37,856 nt of DNA from an uncultured Alphaproteobacteria bacterium. GTDB lineage: Bacteria; Pseudomonadota; Alphaproteobacteria; Rickettsiales; UBA1997. Shown in pieces: positions 22,016 through 29,420 of this stretch. Below the pieces are notes generated by a model that ran no database searches, was not told the DNA's origin, and worked only from the letters and a program-made list of their open reading frames with translations. The position numbers were made by a program, and so were the translations under genes. Numbering within the stretch: the stretch's first letter is position 1; each line of letters opens with the position of its first letter. Where the stretch lies: positions 1 to 37,856 of the forward strand of contig CAINKA010000167.1 in NCBI GenBank assembly GCA_903849835.1, read 5' to 3'.

Positions 22016-24304
22016 ATGTTAAAAACTGCAAACCTAGGATTCCCTAGAATTGGCGCTAATCGCGAACTTAAAAAAGCTATCGAAAAATATTGGAAAAAAA
22101 ATCTGTCTTTGCTGGATTTGCAAAAAGAAGCGGCAGTAATCCGAGCAAAAAATTGGCAAGCTCAAAAAGCTGCTGGAATTAATTTTATCCCCTCAAGCGA
22201 TTTTTCATTTTACGATCAAACTCTCGACTGTTTAGCCTTGTTTGGCGCGGTCCCTGAGCGTTTCAATTTTTCCGGCGGAAATGTGGATTTGGATTTATAT
22301 TTCGCGATGGCTCGCGGGGCACAGCGCGATGGTGTCGATGTCACAGCAATGGAAATGACGAAATGGTTCGACACGAACTATCACTACATCGTCGGCGAAT
22401 TTAGAAAAAATCAGCAATTCAAAATTTCTTCGACAAAAATTTTCGACGAATTTTTGGAAGCAAAAAGATTGGGAATTGAAACTCGACCAGTTGTGCTCGG
22501 ACCAGTCAGCTTCTTGCTTCTTGGCAAGTCAATTGATGGCTCCGACAAACTTGATTTGCTCGATAATCTTCTTGTCTCTTACTCCGAACTTTTCAAAAAA
22601 TTGCAAGATTTGGGAGTTAAAAATGTGCAAATTGATGAGCCATTTTTGATCACCGATCTTTCTGCCGAGGCAATAAAATCCTACTTGTCGGCCTATCCAA
22701 AAATTAAACAAGCTGCTGGTCCAATCAAACTTCATCTCGCAACTTATTTTGAAAGCTTGGGCGATAATGCATCGCTTGCTTTCAGCTTAGAAACTGACTC
22801 AGTTCATGTTGATTTGGTTCGCGGATTAGATCAGTTCGAGCAAGTGTTGAATCTTGTGAAGCCAAGCCAGTCCTTATCTCTCGGCCTCATTGATGGCAGA
22901 AATATTTGGGTCAATAATTTTGAGAATTCCACTTCTCTCGCAAAAAAAGCGGTGGCAAAATTAGGTGCGAATCGTGTGACGATCGCTCCTTCATGCTCTC
23001 TACTCCACACTCCAACCGATTTAAATTCAGAAACCGAACTCGATGCCGAATTAAAATCCTGGCTCGCTTTCGCAACTCAAAAACTTTCTGAAATTGTAAT
23101 CATCGCAACAGCGGCGGATGGCAGAGAGGCTGAGGTAAAATCACTTCTCGAGGCAAATAAAAAGGCGATTTCTGCAAGAAAAACTTCGCCAAGAATTCAC
23201 AATGAAGCCGTAAAAGCCAGACTCGCATCCATCAACGAATCTTTGATGAATCGCAAAAGCGGATTTGCGGATCGTAAAAAAATTCAGTCAAACTACATTC
23301 AGCTACCCCTACTCCCAACCACAACCATCGGCTCTTTTCCACAAACGAAAGAAGTCAGAAAATTCCGCGCTGATTTCAAAGCCGGAAATATTTCTGCGGC
23401 CGAATATGAAAAATTTCTGCAAGAAGAAACCACTCGCACCATTCGCTTCCAAGAAGAAATCGGGCTCGATGTTTTGGTCCATGGAGAGTTTGAGCGTAAC
23501 GACATGGTTGAATATTTCGGCGAACAGTTGGAAGGATTTTTCTTCACCAAAAATGGCTGGGTTCAAAGCTATGGCTCACGCTGCGTAAAACCTCCGGTAA
23601 TTTTCGGAGACATTTCCCGTCCAAATCCAATGACCGTCGAATGGGCAAAATATGCACAAAGCAAAACGGAAAAAATTATGAAGGGGATGCTCACTGGCCC
23701 GATCACAATTTTGCAATGGTCTTTCGTTCGCGATGATCAGCCTCGCAAAGACACCGCTCTACAAATTGCTTTTGCAATTCGCGACGAAGTTTCTGACTTG
23801 GAAAAAGCTGGAATAAAAATCATCCAAATCGATGAAGCCGCACTCCGCGAAGGCTTACCAATTCGCAAAAGCAAATGGGATGAATATTTAAAATGGGCTG
23901 TTGAAGCCTTCAGAATCACGGCTTCTGGCGTTGAGGATCACACACAAATTCACACTCACATGTGCTACTCAGAATTTAACGACATCATCAAAGCCATTGC
24001 TGACATGGATGCAGACGTGATCTCAATCGAAACTTCTCGCTCACAAATGGAGCTTTTAAACGCCTTCGTTAATTTCAAATATCCAAATGAAATTGGACCG
24101 GGAGTTTATGACATCCACTCTCCGAGGGTTCCAAAACAAGAGGAAATGGAATCGCTTTTGAAAAAAGCTTTGGATGTTTTAAAGCCAGAACAAATCTGGG
24201 TGAATCCTGATTGCGGATTAAAAACTCGCGACTGGCCAGAAACTAAAGCCGCTCTGCAATTGATGGTTGATGCCACCAAAGCTGTAAGAGCGCAGATCCA
24301 ATAG
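22016..24304 (+). CDS. metE: Cobalamin-independent methionine synthase
   Basis: 762 aa in two Meth_synt domains. Motifs: NLGFPRIGANRELKKA, IGSFPQT, the zinc site HTHMCYSEF, and NPDCGLKTR. Confidence 0.96.
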   Translation: MLKTANLGFPRIGANRELKKAIEKYWKKNLSLLDLQKEAAVIRAKNWQAQKAAGINFIPSSDFSFYDQTLDCLALFGAVPERFNFSGGNVDLDLYFAMARGAQRDGVDVTAMEMTKWFDTNYHYIVGEFRKNQQFKISSTKIFDEFLEAKRLGIETRPVVLGPVSFLLLGKSIDGSDKLDLLDNLLVSYSELFKKLQDLGVKNVQIDEPFLITDLSAEAIKSYLSAYPKIKQAAGPIKLHLATYFESLGDNASLAFSLETDSVHVDLVRGLDQFEQVLNLVKPSQSLSLGLIDGRNIWVNNFENSTSLAKKAVAKLGANRVTIAPSCSLLHTPTDLNSETELDAELKSWLAFATQKLSEIVIIATAADGREAEVKSLLEANKKAISARKTSPRIHNEAVKARLASINESLMNRKSGFADRKKIQSNYIQLPLLPTTTIGSFPQTKEVRKFRADFKAGNISAAEYEKFLQEETTRTIRFQEEIGLDVLVHGEFERNDMVEYFGEQLEGFFFTKNGWVQSYGSRCVKPPVIFGDISRPNPMTVEWAKYAQSKTEKIMKGMLTGPITILQWSFVRDDQPRKDTALQIAFAIRDEVSDLEKAGIKIIQIDEAALREGLPIRKSKWDEYLKWAVEAFRITASGVEDHTQIHTHMCYSEFNDIIKAIADMDADVISIETSRSQMELLNAFVNFKYPNEIGPGVYDIHSPRVPKQEEMESLLKKALDVLKPEQIWVNPDCGLKTRDWPETKAALQLMVDATKAVRAQIQ

Positions 24305-24335
24305 CTTTTAGAAAGAGAGAATTTTTTCAAAAAAA

Positions 24336-24368
24336 CCGGCTCACAAAAAAATGTGAGCCGGTTTTTTA
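24336..24368. terminator. Bidirectional rho-independent terminator
   Basis: Perfect 10-bp stem ccggctcaca / tgtgagccgg with a 6-nt A loop, an A-run upstream and a T-run downstream. It follows the metE stop and also abuts the stop of the minus-strand remnant ORF. Confidence 0.85.
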
Positions 24369-24810
24369 TTGGGCAAAAAAATATTTTTCTGTCAACTCAG
24401 AGTAGAAATTTTTCTTCATCATTTCGACTCTCACTTGGTTGTGATCTTTTTTTACATCAAAACCATCCACCGCCAATATTCGAGCTACCAACATTCGGAT
24501 AGGACACGCTTGCAGGCTCACAACTTGAAAGTGATCATCATAAAAATACTCAGTCAAACCACTTGATGCCCATAGATCCGATCAAGTAACCACCATCCAT
24601 CACACAAAATCCACCAAACCCAAAACCCGATTTACGAACTAAAAACACCTCAAGCCCACTAAACTTTTGCAACGTTTGTAGCGTTTGATGCGCTTGATAT
24701 TTGCAAAGAATTTCTCTTTGCTTTTTATTTCTTGCTTCATAAATTCCCGCGCCTTCCTCTTTGAAAATAAGCTTAAATTTTAAAAATTCGACACTGCTTC
24801 GATGCTTGAC
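24366..24810 (-). pseudogene. Possible 5'-truncated, frameshifted remnant resembling leucyl/phenylalanyl-tRNA--protein transferase (Aat)
   Basis: Two minus-strand reading frames meet at in-frame stops. Frame 1 (24810..24550) has no ATG until late: ...KEEGAGIYEA...SGLEVFLVRKSGFGFGGFCVMDGGYLIGSMG*. Frame 2 (24557..24366) reads ...PIRMLVARILAVDGFDVKKDHNQ.... From memory these resemble the Aat blocks EEGTWIT, HSxEVW, GGxYGxxxGxxFxGESMF and LVxxLxxxGFxLxDxQ. The N-terminal ~100 aa have no room. Confidence 0.3.
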
Positions 24811-24857
24811 CTATCTGCTTCGGAGAGAATTTATTAATTTGTAAAAAAAATAATTTT

Positions 24858-26048
24858 ATGACCAAACAAACCTTCCAACGCACCAAGCCTCACGTCAACA
24901 TCGGAACCATCGGTCACGTTGATCACGGTAAAACAACTCTTACCGCAGCTATCACGACCTACCTTTCTAAAAGCGGCCTAGCTGAGAAAAAAGGATACGA
25001 TCAAATCGATGCTGCTCCGGAAGAAAAAGAACGCGGTATCACAATCAACACCGCTCACGTGGAATACGAAACTCTTAAAAGACACTATGCCCACGTAGAC
25101 TGCCCAGGCCACGCTGACTATGTTAAAAACATGATCACCGGTGCTGCACAAATGGATGGTGCAATCCTCGTAGTTTCTGCTGCAGACGGTCCAATGCCTC
25201 AAACTCGCGAACATATTCTTCTTGCCAAACAAGTCGGTGTTCCTGCAATCGTTGTCTTCTTGAACAAGGTTGATCAAGTTGAAGATAAAGAACTTCTCGA
25301 CCTAGTAGAAATGGAAGTCCGCGAACTTCTCTCAAAATATGGTTTCCCTGGTGACACTATCCCAATCGTTAAAGGTTCAGCTCTTAAAGCTCTTGAAGGC
25401 GACACTTCTGAATTAGGCGAACCTTCAATGCAGGCTCTAATGGATGCAGTTGATGAATTCATCCCAGAACCAAAACGCCCAGTTGACAAACCTTTCCTAA
25501 TGCCAATCGAAGACGTCTTCTCAATCTCTGGACGTGGAACAGTTGTGACAGGAAGAATCGAAAGAGGCATCGTCAAGATCAACGAAGAAATAGAAATCGT
25601 CGGTCTCAAAGCAACTCAAAAAACAATCTGCACCGGAATCGAAATGTTCCGCAAACTTCTCGACGAAGGACGCGCTGGTGACAATGCCGGAGTTCTTCTC
25701 CGCGGAACAAAAAAAGAAGACGTCGAAAGAGGTCAAGTTCTCTGCAAACCAGGCTCAATCACTCCTCACACTCACTTCGAAACTGAAGTTTATATCCTCA
25801 CAAAAGAAGAAGGTGGACGTCACACTCCATTCTTCAAAAACTACCGTCCTCAATTCTATTTCAGAACCACAGACGTTACAGGATCAGTCACTCTCCCAGA
25901 AGGAGTTGAAATGGTTATGCCAGGAGACAACACAAAACTAAACGTCGAACTAATCGCTCCAATCGCCATGGAAGAAGGTCTACGCTTCGCCATCCGTGAA
26001 GGTGGAAGAACGGTTGGGGCTGGGGTTGTGGCTAAGATTATCAAATAG
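24858..26048 (+). CDS. tuf: Elongation factor Tu
   Basis: [34 protein letters not shown] and NKVD, with a full length of 396 aa. Confidence 0.98.
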   Translation: MTKQTFQRTKPHVNIGTIGHVDHGKTTLTAAITTYLSKSGLAEKKGYDQIDAAPEEKERGITINTAHVEYETLKRHYAHVDCPGHADYVKNMITGAAQMDGAILVVSAADGPMPQTREHILLAKQVGVPAIVVFLNKVDQVEDKELLDLVEMEVRELLSKYGFPGDTIPIVKGSALKALEGDTSELGEPSMQALMDAVDEFIPEPKRPVDKPFLMPIEDVFSISGRGTVVTGRIERGIVKINEEIEIVGLKATQKTICTGIEMFRKLLDEGRAGDNAGVLLRGTKKEDVERGQVLCKPGSITPHTHFETEVYILTKEEGGRHTPFFKNYRPQFYFRTTDVTGSVTLPEGVEMVMPGDNTKLNVELIAPIAMEEGLRFAIREGGRTVGAGVVAKIIK

Positions 26049-26119
26049 CCTCCAATTTCATAAACTTAAAAGCAGAATAGATGAAACTAAAAATGATCTC
26101 TTATCTTGCTTTGTTTTTT

Positions 26120-26148
26120 TTGACTGGATGCACCACGTTCGATATAAT
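26120..26148 (+). promoter_or_regulatory. Near-consensus sigma70 promoter for tRNA-Trp/secE/nusG: TTGACT-N17-TATAAT
   Basis: -35 TTGACT at 26120..26125, a 17-nt spacer, and -10 TATAAT at 26143..26148, about 24 nt upstream of the tRNA 5' end. A T-rich tract precedes the -35. Confidence 0.55.
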
Positions 26149-26171
26149 TTTCTAAAGTCTACATAAATTCT

Positions 26172-26247
26172 AGGAGCGTAGCTCAACTGGTAGAGTAGCG
26201 GTCTCCAAAACCGTTGGTTGGGGGTTCGACTCCTCTCGCTCCTGCCA
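26172..26247 (+). tRNA. tRNA-Trp (anticodon CCA), CCA end encoded
   Basis: A 76-nt cloverleaf folded by hand. Acceptor AGGAGCG/CGCTCCT, D arm GCTC/GAGT, anticodon stem GCGGT/ACCGT with loop CTCCAAA, T arm GGGGG-TTCGACT-CCTCT, discriminator G plus CCA. The tuf-tRNA-Trp-secE-nusG context is canonical. Confidence 0.95.
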
Positions 26248-26256
26248 AAATTTAAT

Positions 26257-26284
26257 CGTAAGTCGTAAGTCGTAAGTCGTAAGT
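26257..26284 (+). repeat. Perfect tandem heptamer repeat (CGTAAGT)x4
   Basis: cgtaagt cgtaagt cgtaagt cgtaagt followed by the partial unit taag. It starts 10 nt after the tRNA-Trp 3' end and lies 37 nt upstream of secE. Confidence 0.9.
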
Positions 26285-26320
26285 TAAGCGATGATGATTT
26301 TATGAAAAATTTTTATAAAA

Positions 26321-26497
26321 ATGTTGGCATTTTTTCGTGACGTAATTGAAGAATTAAAAAAACTTCATCTCCCATCCAAAAAAGAAACTTACATCACAAC
26401 TGTCACGATCCTCGTTACAATCACGATCGTTTCTTTAGCAATTTTATTCTCCGATTTTCTAATTTCGAAAATCATTGGAATCATTTTTGGTTTATAA
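26321..26497 (+). CDS. secE: Preprotein translocase subunit SecE (58 aa, single TM)
   Basis: Hand translation gives MLAFFRDVIEELKKLHLPSKKETYITTVTILVTITIVSLAILFSDFLISKIIGIIFGL. The FFRDVxxELKKVxWPSxKE-type motif plus one TM helix, positioned between tRNA-Trp and nusG. It falls below the ORF-track size cutoff. Confidence 0.8.
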   Translation: MLAFFRDVIEELKKLHLPSKKETYITTVTILVTITIVSLAILFSDFLISKIIGIIFGL

Positions 26498-26513
26498 TTT
26501 TTCACCTCATTCA

Positions 26514-27053
26514 ATGGAAAACAACAACAGCAAGTGGTACATCCTCAATGTCATGGCTGGCCAAGAGAACAAAGTGGCTACAGACATTAAATCCATGATC
26601 ACACGTGGCACAATTGACAAACATGTTTTTGATGCGCTAGTCCCTACAAAACCAATTATAAAAATTAAGAAAGGACAAAAAGTTCAAGAAGCACAAAAAC
26701 TTTTTCCCGGTTACGTTTTCATCAATACAAATTTCGGCGGCGATGCATATAATCTCATAAATTCAATTCCGAAAGTGATGGGATTTCTTGGTGGAAAAAA
26801 TAATCCGCAACCAGTTGGTGACGCTAAAATGCAGGAAATTTTAAATCTTTCTTCCGAACAAAATTCCGACGCTAAAAATGTTATTTTTGAAATCGGAGAA
26901 ACTCTAAATGTAATCGAAGGTCCATTCGAATCTTTCTCTGGAGCGGTTGAAGATTTCGATGTAGAAAAACAAAAGGTAAAAATTTCAGTACTAATTTTTG
27001 GTCGCGCAACATCGGTCGAATTAGACATCAATCAGGTCGAAAAAGTTTCTTAA
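26514..27053 (+). CDS. nusG: Transcription termination/antitermination factor NusG
   Basis: NGN domain (KWYILNVMAGQENKV, LFPGYVFI) and KOW motif (GETLNVIEGPFESFSGAVEDFD). I chose the ATG at 26514; the track start is a TTG inside secE. Confidence 0.93.
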   Translation: MENNNSKWYILNVMAGQENKVATDIKSMITRGTIDKHVFDALVPTKPIIKIKKGQKVQEAQKLFPGYVFINTNFGGDAYNLINSIPKVMGFLGGKNNPQPVGDAKMQEILNLSSEQNSDAKNVIFEIGETLNVIEGPFESFSGAVEDFDVEKQKVKISVLIFGRATSVELDINQVEKVS

Positions 27054-27073
27054 AAACATTTAAAAAAATACTA

Positions 27074-27108
27074 TTGCAACTTAGTTTTGCAAAAATAGAT
27101 TGCCGCGC
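27074..27108 (+). promoter_or_regulatory. Putative promoter for the rplKAJL-rpoBC unit: TTGCAA-N16-TAGATT followed by GCCGCGC
   Basis: -35 at 27074..27079, a 16-nt spacer, -10 at 27096..27101, and GCCGCGC at 27102..27108. It is nearly identical in layout and sequence to the rpsP promoter candidate (TAGTTTGCCGCGC versus TAGATTGCCGCGC). Confidence 0.5.
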
Positions 27109-27189
27109 CTTGCAAAAAGAGGACGGTTTTAAATCCCTTAAGAAGCCAATAAAATCAAGGCTCCGCGCCTCATTCATACAGATTCAAAT

Positions 27190-27630
27190 ATGTCAAAAAA
27201 TACGAAGGAAATTTTGGGCTTGATAAAATTACAAGTCCCATCTGGCAAGGCCAATCCCGCTCCTCCAATTGGCCCAGCTCTTGGTCAAAAAGGTTTGAAC
27301 ATCATGGAATTTTGTAAGCAATTTAATGCTATGAAATTCGATTACGATCTTGGCACTCCAATCCCAGTTACAATCACTGCTTACAAAGATAAATCTTTTA
27401 CTTTCACAACAAAAAATCCTCCGGTTTCTTTCTTGATCATGAAGGAAATTAAATTGGAAAAAGGATCTTCCACACCTGGAAAAGAAAGCGCTGGAAAAAT
27501 CACGATGACGCAAATCAGAAACGTCGCCAAGAAAAAAATGGTCGATATGAACGCAACCGATCTCGAGGCCTGCGCTCAAATGGTAAAAGGTTCCGCCACT
27601 TCAATGGGCTTGGAAGTAGTAGAAGGATAA
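27190..27630 (+). CDS. rplK: 50S ribosomal protein L11
   Basis: [35 protein letters not shown] is the canonical L11 N-domain. Confidence 0.96.
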   Translation: MSKNTKEILGLIKLQVPSGKANPAPPIGPALGQKGLNIMEFCKQFNAMKFDYDLGTPIPVTITAYKDKSFTFTTKNPPVSFLIMKEIKLEKGSSTPGKESAGKITMTQIRNVAKKKMVDMNATDLEACAQMVKGSATSMGLEVVEG

Positions 27631-27648
27631 TTTTTAAAATAATTCGCG

Positions 27649-28350
27649 ATGACTGAAATCAAAAAGAAAAAAGTAAAAAAAATTGAACTTGCCGAAATGC
27701 ACTCAGCTGCAAATTTGGATGAAGCAATTCAAAAAGTTCAAAAACTTGGTGCCGAAAAAAAGCGTAAATTTGTCGAATCTGTTGATATCGCCGTAAATTT
27801 AGGAATCGACGCGAAACAATCAGATCAAACAGTTAAAGGCTCAGTTCTTTTGCCTCACGGCTCTGGTAAAAAAGTAAAAGTTATTGTTTTCGCTTCAAAT
27901 GAAGATCAAAGAAAATCAGCGCTTGAAGCTGGTGCTTCAATGGTTGGTCTTGAAGATCTCGTCGCAAAAATTGAAGAAGGATTTTTAGATTTCGATGTCT
28001 GCGTCGCAACTCCAGACGTCATGCAAAAAATTAGCAAAATCGCCAAAAAGCTTGGGCCCCGCGGTTTGATGCCAAGTCCTAAAAATGGCACTGTCACTGC
28101 CGACGTAAAAAAAGCAGTTTCCGATGCATTAAAAGGCAAAGTTAATTTTAAGAATGACAAGGCTGGAACGGTTCACTGCCTAGTCGGAAGACTTGATTTC
28201 GATTCTAACTCTTTGGCTGAAAATACTAAGGCAATCATCAAGGCAATCAAAGATGCGAAGCCAGAAAATGCTAAAGGAAAATTCATAAAAGAATTTTTTC
28301 TCAACACAACTATGGGGCCATCAGTGCAAGTCGCTGTTGATTCTCTGTAA
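27649..28350 (+). CDS. rplA: 50S ribosomal protein L1
   Basis: KFVESVDIAVNLGIDAKQSDQTVKGSVLLPHGSGK and LGPRGLMPSPKNGTVT. Confidence 0.96.
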   Translation: MTEIKKKKVKKIELAEMHSAANLDEAIQKVQKLGAEKKRKFVESVDIAVNLGIDAKQSDQTVKGSVLLPHGSGKKVKVIVFASNEDQRKSALEAGASMVGLEDLVAKIEEGFLDFDVCVATPDVMQKISKIAKKLGPRGLMPSPKNGTVTADVKKAVSDALKGKVNFKNDKAGTVHCLVGRLDFDSNSLAENTKAIIKAIKDAKPENAKGKFIKEFFLNTTMGPSVQVAVDSL

Positions 28351-28367
28351 AAATAATTTCCTAAAAA

Positions 28368-28862
28368 ATGGATAAGAATCAAAAATCAGCGCTAGTCTCT
28401 TCGTTGAAAGACAAGCTTACCAGTAGTGCTTTCGTGTCCATAGTACATTATCGCGGCATGGACGACAAACAGCTTTACGATCTTCGAATCGCTCTAAAAT
28501 CAAAGGGATGCAACATGAAAATTGCAAAAAACACTTTGATAAAAGTTGCGCTTAAAGGCACTGATCTCGAAATCCTAACTCCTCATTTAAGCGGTCCAAC
28601 TGCAATTCTTTACTCGCAAGATCCCGTGGCTCTAGCTAAAGCAGTATCTGACATGGTTAAAAAAGTTGAAGTTTTAAAAATCAAAATCGGCTATTTCAAC
28701 AAAGCTCTCGTCACAGAAAGTGCGATCAAAGAAATGGCAAAACTAGGTTCTTTGGGAGAAGTTCGCTCTTCATTCCTTGGTCTTCTCAAAGGAGCTCAAT
28801 CGAAGTTTGTAAGAATCCTAAGCGCTCCAGAGCAAGGCTTTGCAAGCTTGAAACAATCCTAA
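28368..28862 (+). CDS. rplJ: 50S ribosomal protein L10
   Basis: Position between rplA and rplL, a length of 164 aa, and L10-like VHYRGMDDKQLYDLRIALKSKGCNMKIAKNTL. Confidence 0.92.
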   Translation: MDKNQKSALVSSLKDKLTSSAFVSIVHYRGMDDKQLYDLRIALKSKGCNMKIAKNTLIKVALKGTDLEILTPHLSGPTAILYSQDPVALAKAVSDMVKKVEVLKIKIGYFNKALVTESAIKEMAKLGSLGEVRSSFLGLLKGAQSKFVRILSAPEQGFASLKQS

Positions 28863-28909
28863 ATTTTTCTCTCAATCTCTTTTTATTAACATCAATCAAC
28901 AGGTAAAAA

Positions 28910-29284
28910 ATGTCCGCTAATCTCGAACAACTATCAGAAACTTTATCAGCTTTAACAGTTCTAGAACTTGCTGATCTCAGCAAAAAGCTTGAAGAAAAAT
29001 GGGGCGTGTCTGCCGCATCATTCGCAGTTGCTGCCGCTCCCGGAGCTGGCGCTGCTGCTGTTGCGGAAGTTAAAGACAAATTTGAAATTGTTTTGACTGC
29101 AGTCGGAGAAAATAAAATCAACGTTATCAAAGAAGTTAGAGTCATTACTGGACTTGGTTTGAAAGAAGCAAAAGACCTAGTTGAAGCTGCTCCAAAAACA
29201 GTAAAATCTGATGTCCCTACAGCAGAAGCAGAAGAAATTAAAAAGAAGCTCGAAGCAGCTGGCGCTAAAGTTGAATTGAAATAG
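28910..29284 (+). CDS. rplL: 50S ribosomal protein L7/L12
   Basis: Alanine-rich hinge ([13 protein letters not shown]) and the C-domain [24 protein letters not shown]...[18 protein letters not shown]. Confidence 0.97.
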   Translation: MSANLEQLSETLSALTVLELADLSKKLEEKWGVSAASFAVAAAPGAGAAAVAEVKDKFEIVLTAVGENKINVIKEVRVITGLGLKEAKDLVEAAPKTVKSDVPTAEAEEIKKKLEAAGAKVELK

Positions 29285-29296
29285 TTTTTTATTTTT

Positions 29297-29336
29297 AAGC
29301 CAATCCACTTTCAATTTTAGGTGGATTGGCTTTTGG
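29297..29336 (+). terminator. Hairpin attenuator / partial terminator between rplL and rpoB
   Basis: Perfect 12-bp stem aagccaatccac / gtggattggctt with a 12-nt loop, running into tttt. Its position matches the known rplL-rpoB attenuator of E. coli. Confidence 0.6.
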
Positions 29337-29373
29337 CATTTTCATCATCCGGAATTGGATAATCCAAACCGGT

Positions 29374-29397
29374 GGGCGAGCCAATCCTCGCCACTAC
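29374..29397. repeat. Possible solo right half of a Family-B element
   Basis: gggcga-gccaatcc-tcgccactac compared with the Family-B copy at 7368..7393, gggcga-ccacaagggt-tcgcccctac. The stem halves are the same and the terminus differs at one position. Confidence 0.3.
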
Positions 29398-29420
29398 ATC
29401 ATCTCAAATAAAAGGGGTAT

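Noticed and set aside
24366-24810. UGA-to-Trp recoding that would make the aat-like region an intact gene.
   Set aside because: The AsmA-family gene terminates at a TGA that overlaps the panB start. The tRNA-Trp in the window has anticodon CCA. A frameshift and a missing N-terminus would remain even with recoding.
24806-24834. A promoter for tuf (TTGACC-N17-ATTTAT).
   Set aside because: The -10 is poor and several alternative alignments are equally plausible. It lacks the GC block seen at the other candidates, so it is too uncertain to list as a feature.
25274-25609. A 111-aa minus-strand ORF inside tuf. The many other 60-120-aa antisense ORFs belong to the same class: those inside the AsmA-family gene, metE, rpoB, rpoC, rplK, rplA, rplL and the lolC and FNR genes, plus ORF 16274..16621 across the murG/argF starts.
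   Set aside because: Each is fully embedded antisense or out of frame in a gene with clear homology. None shows motifs or its own expression signals.
26257-26284. The heptamer array, or any other repeat, as a CRISPR array.
   Set aside because: The units are 7 nt with no spacers, and no cas genes are present. Nothing in the window has the repeat-spacer periodicity of CRISPR.
26172-26300. An integrated mobile element at the tRNA-Trp 3' end.
   Set aside because: There is no integrase, no duplicated tRNA 3' segment, and the canonical secE-nusG genes follow immediately.
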